DNA from: Octopus vulgaris
Lineage: Eukaryota
DNA: 64,000 nt
Assembly (NCBI GenBank): GCA_951406725.2
Contig: OX597824.1
Location: 41,106,001-41,170,000 of the forward strand
Direction of reading: 5' to 3'
Positions 63,844-64,000 of this stretch are shown here, in pieces. The stretch's first letter is position 1; each line of letters opens with the position of its first letter. Under the pieces are notes generated by a model, which saw only the letters and a list, made by a program, of their open reading frames with translations, made no database searches and had not been told where the DNA came from. The translations under genes were made by a program, and so were the position numbers.

Positions 63844-64000
63844 AGGCAGCGAGCTGGCGGAATCGTTGGCACGCTGGGGAAAATGCTTAGCGGCGTTTCG
63901 TCCGTCTTTTCGTTCTGAGTTCAAATTCCGTCGAGGTCGACTTTGCCTTTCATCATTTCGGTTTGCTAAAATAAATACCAGTTGAGTACTGGTGTCAATG
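63842..64000 (+). mobile_element. SINE family B (runs off the window)
   Basis: TAAGGCAGCGAGCTGGCGGAATCG..GAGTTCAAATTCC..GCCTTTCATC. Confidence 0.85.

Overview
This is AT-rich, microsatellite-saturated eukaryotic DNA, not prokaryotic. The SINE families look like those of an octopod cephalopod (inference from repeat content). Almost all ORFs in the track are artefacts of (TA)n, (CA)n, (TACA)n and triplet repeats. The real content is: about 40 copies or fragments of three modular tRNA-derived SINE families; several MITEs and foldbacks; decayed mariner, R4/Dong-like, L1/Tx1-like, RTE, CR1/L2-like and Ty3/gypsy remnants; a frameshifted Penelope-like (Naiad-like) RT-end/GIY-YIG fragment (17.3-18.8 kb); one probable terminal coding exon (15553-15692, +); and a candidate small spliced gene on the minus strand (23.3-28.8 kb). 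The most interesting signal is a set of at least 7 type I hammerhead-ribozyme (HHR) motifs, intact or decayed, in small non-coding elements, several arranged as head-to-head inverted pairs. These include a near-canonical HHR at 58088-58142 and a tRNA-headed, HHR-carrying SINE-like insert with a 5' fold-back (54605-54984) inside a mariner. A 7 x 87-bp palindromic array carrying HHR half-sites lies at 31638-32306. All structures were folded by eye and none was tested computationally.
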